A DNA stretch of 64,000 nucleotides from a virus. Its lineage: Duplodnaviria; Caudoviricetes. The DNA is taken from the IMG/VR virus record IMGVR_UViG_2643221929_000003, positions 7,225 to 71,224 of that record. The stretch is one strand, 5' to 3'. Below the pieces are notes generated by a model, which worked only from the letters and a program-made list of their open reading frames with translations, did not search any database and was not told the DNA's origin. This document shows positions 57,925 to 64,000 of the stretch, piece after piece. The number at the start of each line of letters is the position of its first letter. The stretch's first letter is position 1. Both the position numbers and the translations under genes were made by a program.

Positions 57925-58007
57925 GTCGTCCTCCTCAAGGGCTGAGGCGACGGTCCGTTTCGGACCGTCGCCATATTGGATATGCCTGCTATCTCAGGGA
58001 CTTACGG

Positions 58008-58214
58008 CTAGACGCCGTAGTAGGTGGCCAGCAGGTCGAGGCCGTAGGCGTTGAGGGCGAAGAACACGGCGATCAGGCCGAGCGCGCCCCAGACCCTGGT
58101 GCCAGGCTCACCGTCCGTCCCGAAGGCCAGACCGGCGATGCCGAGCAGCAGGAACAGGTTGGCCATCAGCCACGCGGCGCAGCGGAGGACCAGGATCGTG
58201 GTGGTGAGGCTCAC
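58008..58214 (-). CDS. Small two-TM membrane protein
   Basis: 68 aa, hydrophobic. Confidence 0.55.
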   Translation of the reverse strand: MSLTTTILVLRCAAWLMANLFLLLGIAGLAFGTDGEPGTRVWGALGLIAVFFALNAYGLDLLATYYGV

Positions 58215-58666
58215 GCGGCCTCGACCTTCTTCTTGCGCGGCGCGCGCTTCGGCTTCGGCGCGGCCTCGATGCGGGCGGCGGCGGCTTCGATCTGCGCACG
58301 GGTCGGGTAGTTGGCGAACCGGGCGATCACGCTCGGGTGCTGGTGGAGGTGCGCGCCCTGCCGGCGGCGGCGCTCGGCGGGGCGGGAGCCGGCGATGTCG
58401 CAGCCGGCGTGGCCGGTGGAGGAGTAGCGGCGCCGGGTCACGCGGATCTTGTGATCGACGTCGGCCTGGGTCGGGACGCGGTGCATGCGCTTACGCAGCT
58501 CGCCGGCCTCGTAGAACGAATAGAGCAGGGTGCCGGCGACCGAGTAGGTGCATGGGCCGCTGCTCTCGCCCTTCTTCCGGCGGGGCTTCTGGGACACGGG
58601 CATGGGTGCTCTCCGAGCTTTCGCGCGCTTCATGCGCAGGGCGGTGATGGGGTTGAGAGCGGTCAT
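58211..58666 (-). CDS. Basic hypothetical protein
   Basis: ATGA overlap; Arg/Lys-rich. Confidence 0.55.
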   Translation of the reverse strand: MTALNPITALRMKRAKARRAPMPVSQKPRRKKGESSGPCTYSVAGTLLYSFYEAGELRKRMHRVPTQADVDHKIRVTRRRYSSTGHAGCDIAGSRPAERRRRQGAHLHQHPSVIARFANYPTRAQIEAAAARIEAAPKPKRAPRKKKVEAA

Positions 58667-58962
58667 GCCGGGCAGTTCTCGATGCACCGGCGGGCGACCG
58701 CGGCCGACACCTCGCGCCCGGTCAGCCCGAGCGCGGGGATCCCGCTGTAGACGGCGTCGATCAGGCCGACGCCGACCTGGTCCGGGTACAGCTCCGCGAA
58801 GGCGTCGCTGGCCCGTTCCATCATGACCAGCTCCAGCTCCTCGAAGCCGTGCTTGGTCGGACGCTCCTCGCCGATCTCGGCCATGAGCGTCGTGAAGAAG
58901 GAGTGGTTGCCCTCGGCGAGCCCGGCCTGGGCCGCCGTCAGGATCTCGTGGTGGCTGCGCAT
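58663..58962 (-). CDS. Hypothetical protein
   Basis: MRSHHEIL...; motif A (58963-58977) abuts the ATG. Confidence 0.55.
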   Translation of the reverse strand: MRSHHEILTAAQAGLAEGNHSFFTTLMAEIGEERPTKHGFEELELVMMERASDAFAELYPDQVGVGLIDAVYSGIPALGLTGREVSAAVARRCIENCPA

Positions 58963-58978
58963 GGTACGAAACGGACCA

Positions 58979-59176
58979 TCAGTTGCGGACAAGCGTCAGC
59001 GTCGGGCGCTCCTTCCGCGGGGGAGGGGGCGCTGACCGCGACGGTTGCGGGGGCTGCAGATACCGGGCGATCTTCGCCTCCCGCTTCTCCAGCAGGACGA
59101 CGAGGCCCAGAACGAAGAGCGCCACGGCCATCGGGCCGAAGAGCATGGTGAGGAACGTCGCGGTCAGCTGGCTCAT
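58979..59176 (-). CDS. Small membrane protein
   Basis: MSQLTATFLTMLFGPMAVALFVLGLVVLL... Confidence 0.5.
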   Translation of the reverse strand: MSQLTATFLTMLFGPMAVALFVLGLVVLLEKREAKIARYLQPPQPSRSAPPPPRKERPTLTLVRN

Positions 59177-59361
59177 CAGAGCTGCCGGGCGAACGCGCGG
59201 AAGGCGAGGAACGAGCGGTCCTGCGGGTCGGAGTGCGGATCGCGCTCGCGCGGATCCACGCTGGTTGGCGGAGCCCGGCGCGTGCCGGCGTCTCTCGGGC
59301 GGAACGGCCGGCTGACACCGTTGCGGATGACGGTGCCGTCGTCGGTAATGATCTGGCGCAT
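59176..59361 (-). CDS. Hypothetical protein, first gene of leftward early operon
   Basis: MRQIITDDG..., AGGA RBS. Confidence 0.45.
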   Translation of the reverse strand: MRQIITDDGTVIRNGVSRPFRPRDAGTRRAPPTSVDPRERDPHSDPQDRSFLAFRAFARQL

Positions 59362-59380
59362 AACGATTTTCCTGGGTGTC

Positions 59381-59522
59381 GGTACGAACCGTACCGTAGG
59401 TTGCGGGCACACTGCCCGCCCCGGGGCAAGCTGTTCTTGCCACGGATCCCGATGGTACGTAAAGGACCGTCAGGCAAAAATCTGCTAGCAGATCGTTGAC
59501 CGTACACAGTCCGTTTCGTACC
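59381..59522. promoter_or_regulatory. Divergent control region with three motif A operators and palindrome ATCTGCTAGCAGAT
   Basis: Sites 59381-59395, 59454-59468, 59508-59522; palindrome 59480-59493. Confidence 0.75.
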
Positions 59523-59530
59523 GTGATCGT

Positions 59531-59740
59531 ATGTCAGACGCCGCTCCGAACCCACGCAACGTCATCCGCCTGCCAGACGTGGCGGCCGAGCTGGGCATCC
59601 ACCCGAACACGCTTCGGAAGATGTGCCATGCCGGGGAGGGGCCCCGGCTACTGCGCGTGTCGCCCCGCTGCTACGGCGTGCGCCGCGGGGACCTGGAACA
59701 GTGGCTAGAGAGCCGCGATGTGGCGGGCCCAAAGGTCTAG
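59531..59740 (+). CDS. AlpA/MerR-like excisionase (recombination directionality factor)
   Basis: IRLPDVAAELGIHPNTLRKM...GEGP...RRGDLEQWLESR. Confidence 0.8.
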   Translation: MSDAAPNPRNVIRLPDVAAELGIHPNTLRKMCHAGEGPRLLRVSPRCYGVRRGDLEQWLESRDVAGPKV

Positions 59741-60856
59741 GGCCTCGCGCTTCTCGGTGGCGTACGCGGCGCGGTTGTAGATCCCGGCGACGCCGGCCTT
59801 CGAGCCTGAGACGTGGTTCAGGATCGCCTCGACGACGTGCGGCGGGACCTTGAGCACGTCCGCCATCATGGTCGCCGCGGTGCGGCGCAGATCGTGCAGT
59901 CGCCAGTCGCTGATCCCCGAGCGCTTGTCGAGCGCGGCCTTCGCCTTGCTGAAGCCGGAGAACGGCCCGGAGCCGGTGCCGAACATCAGGTCCCGGTCCT
60001 CGATCACCGGCCGCCGCGCGATGACGGCGAGCGCCTCGGCCGAGAGCGGCACGTCGTGCGGGTTGCCGTTCTTGGTGCGCTCACCCGGCATGCTCCACAG
60101 CGCGCCGGCCTGATCGACCTCGCTCCAGAGCATGGCCGCGACCTCCTCGCGCCGCTGCCCGGTCAGGATCAGCAGGCGCACGATGTCGGCGAAGTCGTTG
60201 GCCCCGTTGCTATGGGTGGCCTTCCAGATCGCGGCCAGCTCGGCCGGCTTCAGGACGCGGTCCCGCTTCTTCTCCGAAGCGGGCTTCTCGGTGCCGGTCA
60301 CGATGTTGTGATCGGCGGCGTCGGTGGCCACCAGCCATCCATAGAAGCGCGACAAGGCGGCCTGCGCCCGGTTGGCGGTCGTAGCGCCGTTGTCGCGCTT
60401 GATCTCCTGCAGCACCCGGTGGACCTCGGACCGGGTCAGTTCGCGGACCGGCACCTTGTGCAGCGGCTCGAACAGCTGCGTCAGGTAGCGCTTCATGTTC
60501 TTGAACCAGGCCTCGCTGACCTGGCTCTCGCGCTCGGCCAGGTAAGGCTCGACGAGGGAGCCGAGCGTCGGCGCCTGGCGCGCCTTCTTGATCTGGGCGC
60601 GCGGATCCTCACCGGACCGGACCCGGATGATGCGGTCGCTGGCGAGCTTCCGCGCCTCGGAGGCGGACAGCATGGGGAACTTGCCCAGCGTCTCGCGCCG
60701 GCTCTCGCCGGCCTGCGTCCGGTACTGGACGAAGAACTGCTTCACCTTCGCGCTGACGCGGACACCGTAGCCCTTCACCTCGTCGTCGTAGACCATCAGC
60801 CGGTCCTTGCCCGGCGGCAGTTCGAGGGCGGCGACGGAGGTGTTGGTGAGGCGCAT
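59705..60856 (-). CDS. int: Tyrosine recombinase/integrase with arm-binding domain
   Basis: Arm domain (YDDEVKGYGVRV...TLGKFP), LILTGQRREE, TKNG, HDLRRT, LNH, Y motifs. Confidence 0.95.
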   Translation of the reverse strand: MRLTNTSVAALELPPGKDRLMVYDDEVKGYGVRVSAKVKQFFVQYRTQAGESRRETLGKFPMLSASEARKLASDRIIRVRSGEDPRAQIKKARQAPTLGSLVEPYLAERESQVSEAWFKNMKRYLTQLFEPLHKVPVRELTRSEVHRVLQEIKRDNGATTANRAQAALSRFYGWLVATDAADHNIVTGTEKPASEKKRDRVLKPAELAAIWKATHSNGANDFADIVRLLILTGQRREEVAAMLWSEVDQAGALWSMPGERTKNGNPHDVPLSAEALAVIARRPVIEDRDLMFGTGSGPFSGFSKAKAALDKRSGISDWRLHDLRRTAATMMADVLKVPPHVVEAILNHVSGSKAGVAGIYNRAAYATEKREALDLWARHIAAL

Positions 60857-61017
60857 CCGGTACTCTCTGGGTACTCCGTCGGTCCGATCCGAACCGGCCG
60901 TTTCCGCGACGAAGTCACCGGGTACTATGCCCGAACGCCACTTTTCAAGAGCGAAACAGGCCGGGTGCCAAAAACTGGGTACTCAGGAGTGCGTCCGAAA
61001 GGTACGGTCCCATGAGC

Positions 61018-61062
61018 CTCTTAATCAGCGGGTCCTAGGTTCGAACCCTAGTGCGCCCACCA
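61018..61062 (+). repeat. Right att site: 3' half of tRNA-Lys(CTT)
   Basis: CTCTTAA anticodon loop, T-arm GGTTCGAAC, ends CCCACCA; no 5' half/D-arm upstream. Confidence 0.85.
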
Positions 61063-61440
61063 AGACTTAGCCTACTTTCTGCGAACCGGACCTCAATCCC
61101 GGTGAGCGAAGGGTAAGAAGGCGAAGCGACGAACAATCTTCATTGCAGCGTTGAACCGCTCTCCGTTCACCGAACTGCGACGGGCGAGCCAAGTCCGCGG
61201 AAGCCTCGCTTCATGGCCGAGGGCTACGATTCGGTTCGCCAAGCCATCGCAGCGCTTCGAGATTGAGTTCTGACGGTCGGCTTCGAAAATACGCGTCGAT
61301 GGAGGGGACTGGCTCACGATTGTCACCGTCGCACGATTGCGCCTCGCCCACATTCCCCTCCGTCCGCGCAAGCCGCCGAAAAAGCCCCGCGCGGCGGTGC
61401 CGGTGGGGCTGAGGGTCGGCGCTGGATGTCGCGATCGACG

Positions 61441-63154
61441 CTACGCTGCCAACAGCGCAATCCAAGCCCCTGCCGCATCCATCCGCTTGGCGCACATCAA
61501 GAGGCCATCGGCCGAGCGACGCACTTCGACACGATGATGCACGTGCGGAGCGAGGCGTACATGCACACCGAGGTCGAAGCCGCATCGCCCGTCGCCGTAG
61601 CCGGCCGCAGCAAGGTCCGACCGGAACTCGGCCGCCACCGCGAACGCGACGACGGCACCGTCCACCAACACGTCCAGGCACAGCGGGGTGTTCGGATGCG
61701 CCTCGTCGCGCGCCCAGCCCCCGACGTGCAGCAGGCCATCGCCCGTCACGCCGCATCGGTCCAGCCACGCTCGCACCGGGCCCGGCTCTGCCGCACCGTC
61801 CAACGAGACAGCGCGGAGGGCTAAGCGGCCGCGCAGCGCGGCCAAGTCGGGGCCGAGTTCGGCGCGCGGAGCGTAGGGCATGCGCCCAATGCCGACGTCG
61901 AGGGCCCGCACGCCATCGAAGCCTCCGCGCACGCCGGGCGCCGCCAGGAAGCTCTCCGCCGGAGCATTCTCCGCGAGCAGCAGGTCGTGCGTGTCCAACT
62001 CGACGTGCCAGTAGGTGAGATCCGCCACCGCCTCGCCACGCGTGATGCTCGAGCCGTTGACCAGATGTCCCGCGGCCGCGAGCAGCCCGTCCAGCCACAG
62101 GCAGTGATCTGGAGAAACAAACAGGTCGCGGGCGGGCACGCCCTCGCCCAGCGCGTCGGCCCGGATGCGGACGGGGCGCTCGGCCGGGGGAACCATCGAT
62201 CCCCGGTACGCGCGGGTGCCGATCCAACGGATCGGGCGCGGCGTACCGGCAGCCGTGATGGCGAGATCGCCCACCGCGAGCTGCTCCACCGGCACGTCCG
62301 AGATGACTCGATCGCGCAGGACACGGATCCGCGTCCCGGTCACGTAGCAGGGTGCAGGGTTGGCCGGCTGAGAGGGGTTCGTGGGGTTCGGGGCTGTAGC
62401 GGCGCGCACGATCGTGCCGCCCTGGCCGTCCGACACCGCCGCGAAGCTGGTCGTGCGGGGGGCCGACAGCACGAAGTTCTCGCTCACCGGCCCGCCACCG
62501 GAGCGGGTGCCGGTGATGGTGATCGAGCTGTTCGCACTGTTGTAGCTGACGCTGGAGTTGGTCAGGCCGGCGAGCGCGATCTCGTTGCCCGAACCGAAAT
62601 TGGAGATGGTGTTGGCGAAGGTGCCACCATTGGTCGGCTGAGCCGCCACATTGAGCCCGAGGCGCGCTGTCGCCGTGCCCGACATCGTGCCGAAGGTGAT
62701 CGTCCCCGTGCCGGCCGAGGTCGGACCGCCGAGCTGAAGGGTGCTCGACACCGCGCCGCCGTTCGAACCGATCGCGGTGCCGCCGGAGTAGGTGCTGACC
62801 CCTGTCAGCGTCTGCGTGCCACCGGTGACCGCCACGCCGCCGGTACCGGAGATCGCGCCGCTGTAGCTGGTCGAACTGTTGGTGATGGTCAGGGCCTGCG
62901 CACCGAGCGTCGTCCCGCCGGTGCCCGAGAGCGTGGTGATCGAGGCACCGGCCGTCGTCCCCGAGATGTCGAACGTGCCGGCGTTGGCTACGGGTCCGAG
63001 ATTGTTGGGAGCGTTGCCGAGGACGCGCAATGTCGTGGCGCCGCCGGCGATCCCGAGGCCGCCGTTCAGCGTTCCCATGCTGGGGGTCAGGCTGTTGGTG
63101 CCGCCCGTGACGTTGATAGCGACGGCCCGGACGGTTGAGCTGCCGCCGGTGAAG
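61441..63154 (-). pseudogene. Host Hint-domain protein with autotransporter-like passenger repeats, 5' part cut off by IS256
   Basis: TLTGVSTYSGGT repeat, CYVTGTRI...VPVEQLAVGD...SPDH...YWHVEL..HDLLLAENAPAESF; reading frame runs into the IS end at 63155. Confidence 0.8.
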
Positions 63155-63253
63155 GGGACTGTCAGGAATTTCGTGTGGGGGCGGCCATAGTGGACCCGAA
63201 GGAGGTTCCCGATGGCACGACGCAAAGCACCCCGCATCCCTGACGCGATCCTC
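63155..63253 (+). repeat. 99-bp direct duplication of IS256 left end (IR plus first 14 codons of transposase)
   Basis: 63155-63252 identical to 63254-63351. Confidence 0.9.
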
Positions 63254-64000
63254 GGGACTGTCAGGAATTTCGTGTGGGGGCGGCCATAGTGGACCCGAAG
63301 GAGGTTCCCGATGGCACGACGCAAAGCACCCCGCATCCCTGACGCGATCCTGGACCAGCTCCTGGCCGGGGCCGATCCGAAGACGGCCTTCGAGGCCGAC
63401 GGTCTGTTGGACGAGCTGAAGAAGGCCCTGGCCGAGCGGGCGCTCAACGCAGAGATGGACCATCATCTGGCGGGCGAGGACGCCGGCAACACGCGCAACG
63501 GCTACGGTCGCAAGACGGTCACGACCGAGACGGGCCGGATCGAACTGGCGATCCCGCGCGATCGGCAGGCGACGTTCGACCCGCAGCTGATCGCCCGCTA
63601 CCAGCGCCGCTTCCCGGGCTTCGACGACAAGATCGTGTCGATGTATGCGCGTGGCATGAGCACCCGAGAGATCGCCGCGCACCTGCGCGAGCTCTACGGG
63701 ATCGAGGTCTCACCCGACCTGATCAGCGCGGTGACCGACGCGGTCCTGGAGGAGGTCGCCGCCTGGCAAGCCCGGCCGCTGGAGCCGGTCTACCCGATCG
63801 TGTTCTTTGACGCCCTGCGGATCAAGGTGCGTGACGAGGGCGTGGTCCGCAACAAGGCCGTCCACATCGCGCTGGGCGTGCGCGCCGACGGCTCCAAGGA
63901 GATCCTCGGCCTCTGGCTGGAGCAGAACGAGGGCGCCAAGTTCTGGTTGCGGGTCATGAACGAGCTCAGGAACCGCGGCGTCGAGGACGTGCTGCTTGCC
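63254..64000 (+). mobile_element. IS256-family insertion sequence (runs off window)
   Basis: Left end GGGACTGTCAGGAATTTCGTGT followed by transposase. Confidence 0.9.
63311..64000 (+). CDS. IS256-family transposase (partial)
   Basis: MARRKAPRIPDAILDQLL...ERALNAEMDHHL...RNGY...PRDR...SMYARGMSTREI...VFFDA. Confidence 0.95.
   Translation, partial: MARRKAPRIPDAILDQLLAGADPKTAFEADGLLDELKKALAERALNAEMDHHLAGEDAGNTRNGYGRKTVTTETGRIELAIPRDRQATFDPQLIARYQRRFPGFDDKIVSMYARGMSTREIAAHLRELYGIEVSPDLISAVTDAVLEEVAAWQARPLEPVYPIVFFDALRIKVRDEGVVRNKAVHIALGVRADGSKEILGLWLEQNEGAKFWLRVMNELRNRGVEDVLLA

Larger units (their letters stand above)
1..61062. mobile_element. Prophage (siphovirus-like, temperate), left end outside window; integrated in tRNA-Lys(CTT)
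   Basis: Ordered head-tail-lysis module, replication arm, tyrosine integrase and a tRNA 3'-half att duplication at the right end. Confidence 0.95.

Noticed and set aside
4081-61006. Motif A as a LexA (SOS) box or parS
   Set aside because: The alphaproteobacterial LexA box is GTTC/GAAC-N7-GTTC/GAAC. Motif A has GTAC-N5-GTAC geometry and does not match parS GTTTCACGTGAAAC.
4081-61006. Motif A copies as a CRISPR array
   Set aside because: Copies are 15 bp, dispersed at irregular kb-scale distances, with no regular spacers or cas genes.
61018-61062. Intact tRNA-Lys gene
   Set aside because: Only the anticodon loop to CCA is present; upstream sequence lacks the acceptor 5' strand and D-arm, so it is the att duplication.
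61441-63447. 668-aa ORF as an intact gene
   Set aside because: Its N-terminal ~98 codons are antisense IS256 sequence; the true 5' part is displaced by the IS.

Overview
About 61 kb of this window (1-61062) is the right-hand part of a large, high-GC siphovirus-type prophage, probably from a Methylobacterium-like alphaproteobacterium (inferred from GC content, the tRNA sequence and the flanking Hint-domain gene). It is integrated at a tRNA-Lys(CTT) gene, whose duplicated 3' half marks the right att site at 61018-61062. The + strand carries portal (partial), head, neck, tail, lambda-like tail-tip, lysis and accessory fibre genes. The - strand carries an unusually complete replication and nucleotide-metabolism arm: dUTPase, DUF5664-like and HD hydrolases, SbcC/SbcD, exonucleases, resolvase, ThyX, class II RNR, ligase, PolA, helicase and rIIA/rIIB. 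It ends in a convergent xis/int pair. Five AT-rich antisense morons are inserted, one encoding a TIR-like domain protein. The tape-measure gene is frameshifted by an 8-bp tandem duplication. The most striking unannotated signal is a layered set of dispersed palindromic DNA sites. Motif A, GGT(A/C)CG-N3-CG(T/G)ACC, has about 23 copies, mostly at gene starts. Motif B, TCCCCTAA-N3-TTAGGGGA, has 3 copies, one in front of each of the head, tail and lysis modules, and one copy sits beside an Arc-like regulator gene. Motif C, CCATAT-CCR-ATATGG, has 5 copies. Beyond the att site lies a host Hint-domain gene interrupted by an IS256 element whose left end is tandemly duplicated. All calls are by eye; no database searches were run.
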